A stretch of 64,000 nt of DNA from Chamaesiphon sp. (GTDB lineage: Bacteria; Cyanobacteriota; Cyanobacteriia; Cyanobacteriales; Chamaesiphonaceae): the NCBI GenBank assembly GCA_965246715.1, contig CBDFFH010000039.1:32001-96000 (forward strand), given 5' to 3'. The notes below the pieces were generated by a model. That model ran no database searches, was not told the origin of the DNA, and saw nothing but the letters and a program-made list of their open reading frames with translations. Below are positions 41,471-53,587 of the stretch, in pieces (position 1 is the stretch's first letter; each line of letters starts with the position of its first letter). Made by a program: the position numbers and the translations under genes.

Positions 41471-42904
41471 GTGAGTCAACAATTTGACTATGATTTGGTA
41501 ATTATCGGCGCAGGAGTGGGCGGACATGGGGCTGCGCTTCATGCCGTGAGTTGTGGGCTGAAGACTGCCATTATCGAAGCAGGGGATATGGGTGGAACTT
41601 GCGTGAATCGTGGTTGTATCCCCTCCAAGGCACTGCTGGCGGCTTCGGGCAGAGTGCGGGAAATGAAAAATGCCCACCATCTCAAGGCGATGGGGATTCA
41701 GGTGGCGAATGTGACTTTCGATCGCGAAGGCATCGCGGCACATGCGAGTAATCTGGTAACGAAGTTACGCGGCGATCTGACGAATAGTTTGACGCGGTTA
41801 AATGTCGATGTCATTCGCGGGTTTGGGACGGTGGCGGGAGCGCAGAAGGTGAGCGTGACGACACCTGAAGGGGAGAAGACTATCACCGCTAAGGATGTGA
41901 TGATTTCTTCTGGTTCGATTCCGTTTGTACCGCCTGGGATTGAGGTGGATGGCAAGACGGTATTTACTAGCGATGATGCGATTAAATTAGAGACAGTGCC
42001 CCAGTGGGTGGCGATTATCGGTAGCGGTTATATCGGGTTGGAATTTTCCGATGTGTATACCGCCTTGGGTTCGGAAGTGACGATAATTGAATTTCTCGAC
42101 CAATTGATGCCGGGATTCGATACCGATATCGCTAAACTTGCCAAACGGATTTTAATCGATCCGCGTGACATTGACGCACGATCGAGTCTCCTTGCCAAGC
42201 GGGTAATTCCTGGTTCGCCTGTCGTCATCGAATTAGCCGATGCCAAGACGAAGGAAGTGGTCGAAATCCTCGAGGTCGATGCTTGCCTCGTAGCGACGGG
42301 ACGGATTCCCGACACCAAAAACCTCAATTTGGAGGCTATAGGAGTATCCCTTGACCGCCGAGGCTTCATTCCGGTGAATGATAAGCTAGAGGTCTTGGTT
42401 GATGGTGTACCAGTGCCGCATTTATGGGCGATCGGGGATGCGACTGGTAAGATGATGTTGGCTCATGCTGCTTCGGCTCAGGGGATTGTTGCAGTCGAGA
42501 ATATCTGCGGTCGATCGCGTGAGATCGATTACAGTAGTATTCCAGCGGCGGCGTTTACTCACCCAGAGATTAGTTTTGTAGGGATGACGGAGACGCAAGC
42601 GAAGGAAGCAGGTACGGCTGGCGGTTATGAGGTAGCGGCGGTGCGGAGTTACTTTAAGGGTAATTCTAAAGCGATTGCTGAAGGGGAAGCGGATGGGATG
42701 GCAAAGGTGATTTACCGGAAGGATACTGGTGAGGTATTGGGGACGCATATTATCGGGTTGCACGCTGCGGATCTGATTCATGAGGCTTCTAATGCGATCG
42801 CGCAGCGGAATTCGGTGCAAAATCTAGCTAGTTATGTTCACGCTCATCCTACTTTATCTGAGGTGTTGGATGAGGCGTACAAACGCGCTGCTGGGGTTCA
42901 TTAA
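41471..42904 (+). CDS. lpdA: Dihydrolipoyl dehydrogenase
   Basis: [21 protein letters not shown]. Confidence 0.97.
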   Translation: MSQQFDYDLVIIGAGVGGHGAALHAVSCGLKTAIIEAGDMGGTCVNRGCIPSKALLAASGRVREMKNAHHLKAMGIQVANVTFDREGIAAHASNLVTKLRGDLTNSLTRLNVDVIRGFGTVAGAQKVSVTTPEGEKTITAKDVMISSGSIPFVPPGIEVDGKTVFTSDDAIKLETVPQWVAIIGSGYIGLEFSDVYTALGSEVTIIEFLDQLMPGFDTDIAKLAKRILIDPRDIDARSSLLAKRVIPGSPVVIELADAKTKEVVEILEVDACLVATGRIPDTKNLNLEAIGVSLDRRGFIPVNDKLEVLVDGVPVPHLWAIGDATGKMMLAHAASAQGIVAVENICGRSREIDYSSIPAAAFTHPEISFVGMTETQAKEAGTAGGYEVAAVRSYFKGNSKAIAEGEADGMAKVIYRKDTGEVLGTHIIGLHAADLIHEASNAIAQRNSVQNLASYVHAHPTLSEVLDEAYKRAAGVH

Positions 42905-42910
42905 TCTCTA

Positions 42911-43064
42911 GCTTCGATCGACAACCGCCCTCGAATGAATTCGGGGCTAATAGCGAAAGTCCACTGAAGTGGACTGCGAGAGGATTAGTGGTTGAGAGAG
43001 TTCATTTCAATGAACTTTACACGTTAGCCCGAAATTCTATTTTAGGGCGGTTGTCGATCGGAGC
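42911..43064. repeat. REP-like doublet, stand-alone form of the MITE cargo
   Basis: gcttcgatcgacaaccgccct ... agggcggttgtcgatcggagc. Confidence 0.8.
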
Positions 43065-43165
43065 AAATTTGCTTTGAATAGTGTCTTATTTATTTTATCG
43101 GGGTGCCTATGGGTACTCCTTGTTTTTGGGTATTGTAAGATTGATGAGATTGGGGAGGAGCGATC

Positions 43166-44134
43166 GTGAGAAGACAGGTACTAAACGAGACAATTTACAG
43201 GGCTAGGATCGATCGAGTTCAAGAGTTAGATTTGGAAGGAAGTTCTATTACTGGGGTACCTAAAAATATCGGTTATCTTACAGATCTCAAAAAATTAAAT
43301 CTGAGTTACAATAAAATTAAAACAATACCTAAAAGTATTGGCAATCTTCGCAATCTGACTCATTTGTATTTAAAAGATACTCAACTTACAAAGTTACCTG
43401 ATAGTATTAGCAATCTGAATAAGCTGACGAAATTATGTATAACTGATTGTCCACTCACTAGCTTACCAGACAGCATTTGCGATCTCATCAACTTGACTTT
43501 TTTAGATTTAGCAGGTAATGAACTTATTGACATACCTAAGAATATCGCCAAACTCATCAACCTAAATTATTTGACTCTAGACTCAAATAATTTATCTAAA
43601 ATTCCAGATAGTGTTTTTAGCCTTTGTAATTTAGGTGCGTTATCCATCGGTGACAGTCAATTAAGCTGTTTAACTGACAGCATTACAAACCTCTCTAATT
43701 TGACGTATATCTATCTAAATCATAATCCGCTAACTGATTTGTCAATTTTAAAAGAATTGCCAAAACTAGAGCAAGTTATTTTTTCGTTCGTAGATTTACC
43801 TCACAGATATTGGACTAAATTGAGTGAATGTAATCCCAAATGGCTGTTGGATGAAAAAAATGCAGAAATCAGGCAAGTATTAATTCAACAGATTGGTTAC
43901 GATCGAATCTGTCAGGAATTAGACGCGATCGATCTCGATACTTGGCGAGAATATACCTTGCTCAAAATTGATACCGATATCGACGAGGAGCCGATGGTAT
44001 TACTCAAGATGACTTGTCCATCCACGGGACATATTCATATCCTGCGCGTACCGCCAGAAATGACCAGTGCCGAAGCCGCGATTACCTGGGTCAATCATGG
44101 CATTCATCCCGACAAATTTACCGTGCAGACTTGA
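43166..44134 (+). CDS. Leucine-rich repeat protein with DUF6745-like C-terminus
   Basis: 23-aa LRRs; NAEIRQVLIQQIGY...LKMTCPSTGHIHILRVPP. Confidence 0.85.
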   Translation: MRRQVLNETIYRARIDRVQELDLEGSSITGVPKNIGYLTDLKKLNLSYNKIKTIPKSIGNLRNLTHLYLKDTQLTKLPDSISNLNKLTKLCITDCPLTSLPDSICDLINLTFLDLAGNELIDIPKNIAKLINLNYLTLDSNNLSKIPDSVFSLCNLGALSIGDSQLSCLTDSITNLSNLTYIYLNHNPLTDLSILKELPKLEQVIFSFVDLPHRYWTKLSECNPKWLLDEKNAEIRQVLIQQIGYDRICQELDAIDLDTWREYTLLKIDTDIDEEPMVLLKMTCPSTGHIHILRVPPEMTSAEAAITWVNHGIHPDKFTVQT

Positions 44135-44204
44135 ATCGATCTTTCTGGATTGACAAAAAGAGCTAATATTTATAACATATACATTATAAGCGCTCGATTT
44201 CCTT

Positions 44205-44582
44205 ATGTCTGATTGGTCGGTTGAGTTTTATGCAGATGCCGATGGCGATTCTCCTGTTCTAGATTGGTATGAATCTCTAGATGAAAAAACCAAAGCAAAA
44301 CTAATCTGGATCTTTCAACTGCTAGAAACTAATGGTATTGAATTAGGAATGCCCTATATCAAGCCATTGGGAGATAAGCTGTATGAAATCAGAGCAGATG
44401 TAAATCGCAATACTTTTCGAGTTGTCTATTTTCTCTACACGGGAAGAAGGTTTGTATTATTGCACGGCTTTCAGAAGAAGACCCAGAAAACACCGTCAAA
44501 GGAATTGGCAAGAGCTAAAACGTATCTTGAAGATTTTCTCGATCGAAATATTGAATCTACAGATTTAGAACAAGAGGATTAA
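44205..44582 (+). CDS. RelE/ParE (gp49-like) toxin
   Basis: LYEIR, RVVYF, VLLHGFQKKTQKTP. Confidence 0.9.
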   Translation: MSDWSVEFYADADGDSPVLDWYESLDEKTKAKLIWIFQLLETNGIELGMPYIKPLGDKLYEIRADVNRNTFRVVYFLYTGRRFVLLHGFQKKTQKTPSKELARAKTYLEDFLDRNIESTDLEQED

Positions 44583-44587
44583 AATAT

Positions 44588-44992
44588 ATGACTGCCAAAA
44601 CAATTCCGCTTGCCGAAGTAGTTGCCAAGAGTCTGAGCGATCCCGCAATTCGACAAGAATATGAAGCCTTAAGAGAAGAGTTTCAGATTGCTCAGCTAAT
44701 TATCAATATGCGAAAAGCGGCTAAATTAACTCAACAAGAACTAGCAAACCGCACTGGAATCAAACAACCTCAGTTAGCAAGAATTGAGGCAGGAGGACAA
44801 TTGCCTAGATTAGATACTTTGGCAAATTTGGCAAAAGAGGCTGGTTATGATGTGGAGATTCATTTAATTCCTAAATCTCCAAGTGTTGAGAATACCGAAC
44901 TACTTTCACCACTTTCGATCGCAGTTTCAGCCAGGGTGAACGCATCAAAACAGGATTTATTTCGATCGAGAGCCACTAAAATAGGCGATTAA
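44588..44992 (+). CDS. Xre-HTH antitoxin, C-terminus extended by IS
   Basis: LTQQELA..GIKQPQLARIE; last ~21 aa read from the ISAs1 end. Confidence 0.88.
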   Translation: MTAKTIPLAEVVAKSLSDPAIRQEYEALREEFQIAQLIINMRKAAKLTQQELANRTGIKQPQLARIEAGGQLPRLDTLANLAKEAGYDVEIHLIPKSPSVENTELLSPLSIAVSARVNASKQDLFRSRATKIGD

Positions 44993-46419
44993 TGATATTC
45001 GATTGCTTAACTACAATTACGACAATATCAATAAAATCGAAACCAAAGACGAGGTTAAATTAACTCAATTTAGTCCGGCAAAAGTGCGGCTAAAGATATT
45101 TAGCCAAATTCATACTCTGGGGTTAGTTAAATTTAGGCTAAAATAGCCTCTAGAAGTTCGCGCGAATATTCTTCATCAAGGCTCGCAAGAAATCGCTTCT
45201 TCCTAACACTTAGTTTTCGACTCTTGTTCTGACTCATTATATTAACTGCTATATGTCTTAAAACAGCAAAATTAGCTGGAGCATTATCTTTTCTAATTCG
45301 ACTAATGTCTTCTTTGAAAATAACATCAAGTACCCAATGGAGTGAATTTTCTATCGACCAATGACCTCTGATTGCTTCTGCTAGTTTTTCAACATTATCT
45401 TCTAAGCTACTGATGAAATAACGAGCTTCTACGCTGGTTTTTTCATTGACAACTCGAACTGATTCTACCATGCAAATACTAGTCAGATTTTGCCATTTTA
45501 GCAATGGATCTATTGATGTTGCAATGTCTGATATCATTAGGTAATTACGAGTTTCCTCTCTACCTCTATTCATCTCTCTACTGCTGAAGCTATGCGTTTT
45601 CAGACTTTCACCACGAGTTTTAATCGCCTGTTTGAATAGCTGTTCTACCCTTTCATATAAACTTGGTTGATTCTTTTTGACAGCAATTACATAATCTGCT
45701 TCTTTTTTGACAATTTTCTTGACTATTTCTCGCTGACATCCCATTGCATCAATTGTCACTATACATCCAGCTAGATCTAAGGCATTAATCAACTCAGGCA
45801 ATGCAGTAATTTCATTTGATTTACTCTCGACTTTTGTTTGTCCTAATACTAATCTATTACTTGCTGCCCAAGCACTGACCGTATTAATTACTCCTTTACC
45901 ATTTTTTTCGTCTCTTGAATTTCGAGATTGTTCTCCATCAAATGCGATTATCTCTCCTGCTGTTATTTTACTTATTCCTTTAATCCAATGCAGGAAAGAT
46001 TTATTGAATTCTTCAGGATTAATTTGTGAAAATACCCGTGCAAATGTATCGTGAGATGGTATCCCATTCGGTAATTCTAGAAATTCCTCCAGCCATTTTT
46101 TTCTGGTGATGCCATACAGCTCTATGTCTTCCCATCCATCTGCTCCACATACTACTGCACAAATCGAGATCGTGATAATATCGATTAGTTTGTGTTTTTT
46201 CCCCCGTTCAATTCTAATGTCTTTTATGTCACCAAAGTGTTCTGCGATACTATGCCTTGGCTTTAGCTTCATTTGACGCGATCTGAATTTCCAATAAATA
46301 TAACATAATTAACTGGCTATACTTGTTTACCATTAAAGCTTTCATACTTTTCGTAATTCAAATCTGCAACTGATTTGCGAGGATTTTAAATAGTAGGAAA
46401 TTTAAGTGCGTTCACCCTG
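44932..46419 (-). mobile_element. ISAs1-family IS, copy 2 (1488 bp)
   Basis: same TIRs; 10-bp TSD cagtttcagc. Confidence 0.95.
45133..46272 (-). CDS. ISAs1 transposase (DGK to DGE variant)
   Basis: matches copy 1 except FDGEQ. Confidence 0.95.
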   Translation of the reverse strand: MKLKPRHSIAEHFGDIKDIRIERGKKHKLIDIITISICAVVCGADGWEDIELYGITRKKWLEEFLELPNGIPSHDTFARVFSQINPEEFNKSFLHWIKGISKITAGEIIAFDGEQSRNSRDEKNGKGVINTVSAWAASNRLVLGQTKVESKSNEITALPELINALDLAGCIVTIDAMGCQREIVKKIVKKEADYVIAVKKNQPSLYERVEQLFKQAIKTRGESLKTHSFSSREMNRGREETRNYLMISDIATSIDPLLKWQNLTSICMVESVRVVNEKTSVEARYFISSLEDNVEKLAEAIRGHWSIENSLHWVLDVIFKEDISRIRKDNAPANFAVLRHIAVNIMSQNKSRKLSVRKKRFLASLDEEYSRELLEAILA

Positions 46420-46469
46420 CAGTTTCAGCCTCCACTTAATCTTTTGACTAAGGTAATAACTATATTCAC

Positions 46470-46748
46470 ATGAAAATTTTGCCCTTACAAAACTTACGTT
46501 CTTTCCCTCTAAATCTACCCCTCGAAGGTGCTGTGAGGATAGAATTGGTAGAGGGCGTTCCCATATTTCAGGCTTCTAGTCTCGTCCAAACTCGGATTGA
46601 GGCTTTACTCGCAAAACAACAAGATGACACCCTCAGCCCAATGGAAGAAGAGGAGCTAGATTGTTATGAAGACATCGATGACTATCTCAGCTTTGTCAAT
46701 CGGATGGTACGGAATGCTTCGTTTTCCCAGCCAGAAGCAAATGTCTAA
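46470..46748 (+). CDS. Hypothetical protein of the type found upstream of HNH genes
   Basis: RIEALLAKQQ..LS..EEEELD.YE.IDDYLS; overlaps next ATG. Confidence 0.6.
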   Translation: MKILPLQNLRSFPLNLPLEGAVRIELVEGVPIFQASSLVQTRIEALLAKQQDDTLSPMEEEELDCYEDIDDYLSFVNRMVRNASFSQPEANV

Positions 46749-46923
46749 TCATGTCCCGCAACAAAATTTCCGAGCGTATTCAACTGAGGGAATATCTATA
46801 ATTGGTAGAGCGACTGTAGATGCATTGCTACTAAATCGCGCTCGAGTCATTCCCATTCGCCTTGCAGATCGAGAAATTGGTAGACATCCACCGATCGACG
46901 ATCCAATTCAACCTAATACTTGA
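46741..46923 (+). pseudogene. HNH endonuclease remnant, core deleted
   Basis: MSNHVP joined to IGRATVDALLLNR...GRHPP tail; no CxxC/HNH core. Confidence 0.55.
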
Positions 46924-47104
46924 GACTAATGCGACTTCTGCGAGAAGTCGGGGTTGTCGTAGGAATGAGTATCTTAAGATGGATCGCAATTACAGCTTCG
47001 ACTTAATCTCTGGGTTGTCACAATACACATATTTACCTGATGACACTTTAAATACCTCTGATTTGTGTGTATTTTAAGATTGACGGAATAGGGGAATATC
47101 GATC

Positions 47105-48004
47105 GTGACTGAAGAAGAATTAGAAGAAATAATTGAGAAGGCGAGGATCGATCGAGTTTCCGAACTAGATTTGAGTTGCAAAAACCTGATGTCATTACCA
47201 AACAGCATTGGGAATATTTATACTCTCAAAGAACTAGACATAACAGACAACAAGCTCGTAGAACTACCTGACAGTATTGGAAATCTTACTAATCTCAAAA
47301 AACTATCCGTTGAGGATAATTATCTTGAATATTTACCGGAGAGCATTGGTAATCTTCTTAACTTGACTCATCTGTTTATAGGAGTCAATGAACTTTTATG
47401 TTTACCAGAAAGTATCGGCAATCTTAATAATTTAGCTTATCTATTCCTAGGATGTAATTCTATCGCTCATATCCCAGATAGTTTCAACGAACTTCGTAAT
47501 CTCATTGAACTAGATTTAGGATACAACAAAATTGACTATTTACCAAAAAGCATCGTTAGCTTTTCTAGATTAGTTGAAATAAATTTAGACGCAAATCCTA
47601 TTGATGATTTATCGATTCTGCAAGCTTTGCCAGAACTAATTCGTGTAAAGTTTCTTGGGATCTACCCGCCTCGTAGATATTGGACTAAGTTGAGTGATTG
47701 GAGTCCTAAATGGTTGCTAGACGAAGAGAATGCAGAAATCAGGCAAATATTAATCCAACAGATTGGTTACGATCGAATCTGTCAGGAATTAGACGCGATC
47801 GATCTAGACACTTGGCGAGAATACACCTTACTCAACATTAATACCGATATCGACGAGGAGCCAATGGTATTACTCAAGATGACTTGTCCCTCGACGGGAC
47901 ATATTCATATCCTGCGCGTACCACCAGAGATGACTAGTGCAGCAGCAGCGATTACGTGGGTAAATCATGGCATTCATCCTGACGAATTTGCCGTGCAGAC
48001 ATGA
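47105..48004 (+). CDS. Leucine-rich repeat protein with DUF6745-like C-terminus (paralogue)
   Basis: LPESIGNL repeats; C-terminus nearly identical to 43166 gene. Confidence 0.85.
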   Translation: MTEEELEEIIEKARIDRVSELDLSCKNLMSLPNSIGNIYTLKELDITDNKLVELPDSIGNLTNLKKLSVEDNYLEYLPESIGNLLNLTHLFIGVNELLCLPESIGNLNNLAYLFLGCNSIAHIPDSFNELRNLIELDLGYNKIDYLPKSIVSFSRLVEINLDANPIDDLSILQALPELIRVKFLGIYPPRRYWTKLSDWSPKWLLDEENAEIRQILIQQIGYDRICQELDAIDLDTWREYTLLNINTDIDEEPMVLLKMTCPSTGHIHILRVPPEMTSAAAAITWVNHGIHPDEFAVQT

Positions 48005-48244
48005 ATCGATATTCTGGTATTTTCGATCGAATGGAAACAAGTAGATCATCGATCGAAGCCAATTTGACCGAGTGTAGTCGAAGTATGTGTGCCTGAAGTC
48101 GAAGTTTCATGACTCGATCGCATCACTGGTGATGGAGACTAAGAGCGAATAGACTAGCTCGAATGCCCAAGCCTCAACATTATCTAACCATTAACGCGCA
48201 ATGTAGAGTACAATGGTAAATTGTGTCTAAAGATATTTATTCCA

Positions 48245-48442
48245 ATGCCAAAACTCAAAAGCCGCAAAGCAGCAGCGAAGCGTTTTCGCGCCAGCGGCAG
48301 CGGTAAAATCATCCGCCGCAAGGCATTTAAGAGCCACCTGCTCGAACACAAAAGTTCCGACAAACGCAACAAACTGTCTAAAGCAGTAGTCGTTGACGAA
48401 ACCGATGTAGCGAGAATCCGTGGGATGCTCCCCTACTTGTAA
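48245..48442 (+). CDS. rpmI: 50S ribosomal protein L35
   Basis: [14 protein letters not shown]. Confidence 0.96.
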   Translation: MPKLKSRKAAAKRFRASGSGKIIRRKAFKSHLLEHKSSDKRNKLSKAVVVDETDVARIRGMLPYL

Positions 48443-48599
48443 ATTATCGGCCTCGATAATGACAACACTGGTAGCTTGAGGACTGACAGCTTAGGAATCG
48501 CTAACGATCGACAGTCACCACTGTCAACCAATTGCTATTTACTATCTGCTGAATAATGCCGTAGAGCAATTTTAATCACCAACTAACATCATCTAACAT

Positions 48600-48953
48600 A
48601 TGACTCGGGTAAAGCGCGGTAACGTGGCGCGGAAGCACCGCAACAAAATTCTCAAATTAGCAAAAGGTTTTAGAGGTTCGCACTCTAAACTCTATCGGAT
48701 TGCTAATCAACAAGTAATGAAGGCATTACGGAATGCCTATCGCGATCGTAAGAAGAAGAAACGTGATTTTCGTCGTCTGTGGATCGCACGGATCAATGCC
48801 GCAGCACGCGCGCATGGCATGAGCTACAGCAAACTAATCGGGCAAATGAAAAAAGCCGACATCCAACTCAATCGGAAGATGTTAGCTCAAATCGCTATTC
48901 TCGATCCTGCAAGCTTCGAGCAAGTAGTCAAGCTAGCCGCAGCGGCAGAATAG
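48600..48953 (+). CDS. rplT: 50S ribosomal protein L20
   Basis: MTRVKRG...[12 protein letters not shown]. Confidence 0.97.
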   Translation: MTRVKRGNVARKHRNKILKLAKGFRGSHSKLYRIANQQVMKALRNAYRDRKKKKRDFRRLWIARINAAARAHGMSYSKLIGQMKKADIQLNRKMLAQIAILDPASFEQVVKLAAAAE

Positions 48954-48982
48954 AAATGTCGATCGAGGATAAAGGATAAAGG

Positions 48983-49756
48983 ATGAAATATCGATTTACA
49001 GCTTTATTCTTTGCCTCGATTGTCAGTCTGGGTATTGGGTGGCAATCAGCACAAGCTGGGACGCTCAAAGAAATCCAGCAGCGGCGGAAATTAGTTGTCG
49101 CAGTCAAAGATAATACCCCACCATTAGGATTTCGCGATCGCAGTGGCAATTTACAGGGCTTGGAAATCGATATCGCCCGTAAATTAGCCGAAGAAATATT
49201 TAGTAAGCCAGATGCAATTGAGTTAATTCCTGTCACCAATCAAGATCGACTCAAAGTAGTCATCGATGGAACTGTAGATATTACAATTGCTAGAGTTACA
49301 GTTACACCCAATCGATCTCGTGTCGTCGATTTTAGCAGATATTATTATTTAGATGGCACGAGTATCCTTACCAATCAACCTCAGCTTGTCAAAACTAGAG
49401 ATCTAGTTGGGAAGAAAGTCGCGGTACTGAACCATTCGAGTACGATTGCCTCACTGCAATATGTCATCCCTGAGGCACAATTAGTCGGTGTCGATAGTTA
49501 TCAACAAGCGCAAGATTTCCTTGCAGCAGGCAAAGTTGTAGCAATTGCGGCAGATCGCAGTTTACTCGTCAGCTGGGTAAACGCCAATCCTGCCTATCAT
49601 CTCTTACCCAATAAATTATCTACTGAAGCATTAGGCATTGTGCTTCCTAAAGGCACGAAATATATCGCCCTGCTGGATCTTGTCAATCGATCGATCGAAG
49701 GTTGGCAAACTAGCGGCTGGCTTCAGGAACGCGTGCGGTACTGGGGCTTGAAATAG
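48983..49756 (+). CDS. Polar amino-acid ABC transporter substrate-binding protein
   Basis: signal peptide; GLEIDIA, TPNR...VDFS. Confidence 0.85.
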   Translation: MKYRFTALFFASIVSLGIGWQSAQAGTLKEIQQRRKLVVAVKDNTPPLGFRDRSGNLQGLEIDIARKLAEEIFSKPDAIELIPVTNQDRLKVVIDGTVDITIARVTVTPNRSRVVDFSRYYYLDGTSILTNQPQLVKTRDLVGKKVAVLNHSSTIASLQYVIPEAQLVGVDSYQQAQDFLAAGKVVAIAADRSLLVSWVNANPAYHLLPNKLSTEALGIVLPKGTKYIALLDLVNRSIEGWQTSGWLQERVRYWGLK

Positions 49757-49897
49757 TTAACAGTTATCAATTGTTAGTGTCATCAGCTTTGAGCCAAGCT
49801 ATCATAATTAATTGGAGATCGAGTATCTGGGCTTAAAATTGGGTAAATCTGCCCTATTCCCTATTCCCTGTTCCCTATTCCCTATCCCTTATTTAAA

Positions 49898-50440
49898 ATG
49901 GATTTTTTTTCAGATCGAGATTTACTTACCGTTTATCTATCGGCGTTTTTACTGCTACTGACTGTTGCCGCATTCTTTATCTTCAGACAAATTCTGAAAA
50001 CTCGCAAGATTGAGAGTGCCTTAACTAGATTAGAGCGCAAGCTAAAAAACGAACGCGGCACCGTTCAGGAATATTATGAATTAGGCAGTATTTACTTAGA
50101 GAAAAAGATGTTTTCTCAAGCAAATATCATCCTTAAAAAGTCACTAAAAGCTGAGGATGTAGATTCGACCCCGATGGCTCCTGTCTACAATGCATTAGGC
50201 TATGCCTATTTCGGACAAGAGCAGTATGACATGGCAATTCGTCAATATAAAGAAGCAATTAAAATCGAACCAGAATATGTGATGGCGATGAATAATCTCG
50301 GTCACGCTTACGAGCAAAAAAAATTGACATCTCAGGCTTTGGATATTTATGAGCGTGTCTTAGAACTCGAACCAAAAAATGAAACTGCCAAACGTCGGAG
50401 TGAATCACTTCGCCGTCGCTTGGTAGTAAGCAGTAAGTAG
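49898..50440 (+). CDS. ycf37: Ycf37-like TPR protein (PSI assembly)
   Basis: N-terminal TM plus TPRs; near rpmI-rplT. Confidence 0.75.
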   Translation: MDFFSDRDLLTVYLSAFLLLLTVAAFFIFRQILKTRKIESALTRLERKLKNERGTVQEYYELGSIYLEKKMFSQANIILKKSLKAEDVDSTPMAPVYNALGYAYFGQEQYDMAIRQYKEAIKIEPEYVMAMNNLGHAYEQKKLTSQALDIYERVLELEPKNETAKRRSESLRRRLVVSSK

Positions 50441-50521
50441 ATAGTGGCTGATTTATTGACAAGATATATTAACAAATATTCGATCGATCTTTATTTCGAT
50501 CGCTCTATTTGCTAAAGTTAA

Positions 50522-51292
<771 letters not shown>

Positions 51293-51355
51293 TCTCGATC
51301 GAGTCATCCAAATCGATACAATAAATCCCCATCGATACAATAAATCCCCAATGCA

Positions 51356-51389
51356 AAACCCCCCTCACTATCACTAGTGAGGGGGGTTT
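51356..51389 (-). terminator. psbA/fabG terminator hairpin
   Basis: aaacccccctcacta-tcac-tagtgaggggggttt. Confidence 0.75.
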
Positions 51390-51410
51390 AAATCATTCAA
51401 TCAGTCGGAA

Positions 51411-52493
51411 TTAACCGTTAATCGAAGGAGCGACTAAAGCAACAGGAGTAGACTCACCAGCAGCTAAATCGAGTGGGAAGTTGTGAGCGTTGCGCTCGTG
51501 CATTACTTCCATCCCGAGGTTAGCGCGGTTGATGATGTCAGCCCAGGTATTGATTCCATGACCTTGAGCATCGACAACCGATTGGTTGAAGTTGAAACCG
51601 TTGAGGTTGAACGCCATCGTGGATACACCTAAAGAAGTGAACCAGATTCCAACTACCGGCCATGCACCCAAGAAGAAGTGCAACGAACGGCTGTTGTTGA
51701 AGGAAGCGTATTGGAAGATTAAACGACCGAAGTAGCCGTGAGCGGCAACGATGTTGTAAGTTTCTTCTTCTTGACCGAATTTGTAACCATAGTTTTGGCT
51801 TTCAACTTCAGTTGTTTCACGAACTAAAGAGGAAGTTACCAAGGAACCGTGCATTGCGGAGAATAACGAACCACCAAATACACCAGCTACTCCCAACATG
51901 TGGAAGGGGTGCATCAGGATGTTGTGCTCTGCTTGGAAGACGATCATGAAGTTGAACGTACCGGAGATACCTAAAGGCATACCGTCAGAGAACGAACCTT
52001 GACCGATTGGGTAGATCAAGAATACTGCGGTTGCTGCTGCTACGGGAGCGGAGTAAGCAACACAGATCCAAGGACGCATCCCTAAACGGTAGGAGAGTTC
52101 CCATTCACGACCCATGTAGCAGAAGATGCCAATTAAGAAGTGGAATACTACTAGTTGGTAAGGGCCGCCGTTGTACAACCACTCATCTAAGGAAGCTGCT
52201 TCCCAGATTGGGTAGAAGTGAAGACCGATAGCATTGGATGAAGGAATAACCGCACCAGAAATGATGTTGTTACCGAACATTAAGGAACCAGCGACTGGTT
52301 CGCGGATGCCGTCGATGTCTACTGGAGGTGCCGCGATGAACGCGATGATGAAGCAGATTGTGGCGGAGAGCAATGTAGGAACCATTAATACACCGAACCA
52401 ACCGACATAAATGCGGTTTTCGGTGGATGTGACCCAGCTACAGAACTTTTCCCATACATTTGCGCTTTCGCGACGTTGTAAGGTAGTAGTCAT
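51411..52493 (-). CDS. psbA: Photosystem II D1 protein (Glu130 form)
   Basis: full D1 sequence; [20 protein letters not shown]. Confidence 0.99.
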   Translation of the reverse strand: MTTTLQRRESANVWEKFCSWVTSTENRIYVGWFGVLMVPTLLSATICFIIAFIAAPPVDIDGIREPVAGSLMFGNNIISGAVIPSSNAIGLHFYPIWEAASLDEWLYNGGPYQLVVFHFLIGIFCYMGREWELSYRLGMRPWICVAYSAPVAAATAVFLIYPIGQGSFSDGMPLGISGTFNFMIVFQAEHNILMHPFHMLGVAGVFGGSLFSAMHGSLVTSSLVRETTEVESQNYGYKFGQEEETYNIVAAHGYFGRLIFQYASFNNSRSLHFFLGAWPVVGIWFTSLGVSTMAFNLNGFNFNQSVVDAQGHGINTWADIINRANLGMEVMHERNAHNFPLDLAAGESTPVALVAPSING

Positions 52494-52732
52494 TTGTTTA
52501 TGATGGCGATGAATTTTCTAGGTGCGGGTTGATTGCCTCAACCCCTATGCATTTCATATTAGAGCATATATTTAGGAATGTAACGTTCCTTCATATTCTC
52601 TTAACATTTAGTTTTGCCGGAAACTAGCTGAGTTCGAGGGAAATCTAGTTAGGGATCGATAGAACTACTCAAACTGGAGATAGCTTTGCTATCTAAGTCG
52701 CTACTCGATCGAGTCTAGTTTACAGTGGCGAT

Positions 52733-53077
<345 letters not shown>

Positions 53078-53587
53078 TTAATATCGCAACGACTTTATTA
53101 TTTTTAGGATTAATTCTATCTGTATATCGATCGATACTCTCCCGATCTTGCCTTCCCAATGCCCCAAGGTGCTGAGTTATCGATCGGAAGTCGATCGGGC
53201 TTGGATTTTACTCAGTCTTTAGGTACGGAAACTGGAAATCTTAAAGATCGGCGAGATGAGTAAGATGACTGTATTGAGTCGCTCGATCGTCCTATTTACA
53301 GAGCTGGAGCCAAAACTTTGGAAAAAGTAAAATTTTTATCGCCAAGCGCAAATAAATGTTAAGTTATTCTTTGCAAATTGTGTCGGATAATGTCAGAAAG
53401 TCCCACCAGTTGGGGGTTTTCTGCTAAAACTACTAGATAGTGAGAACTGAGTGGTTACTCAATCGCTGACGCTACAACATGTTAAGAAGTCGCTATTTCC
53501 AGTGGCATCACATCTCTCTAAAATCTTAATATCAGCCATTTTTCACGATCGAATCGCTAAAATCTTATCCCGTAGGAGCAATACCGA

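Noticed and set aside
37780..46419. Composite transposon formed by the two ISAs1 copies
   Set aside because: Each copy has its own distinct 10-bp TSD, indicating independent insertions
43166..48004. Diversity-generating retroelement explaining the shared 3' ends
   Set aside because: No reverse transcriptase in the window; both copies are coding and differences are not confined to adenines
51312..51350. 19-bp tandem duplication atcgatacaataaatcccc
   Set aside because: Two adjacent copies without spacer; simple slippage, not CRISPR
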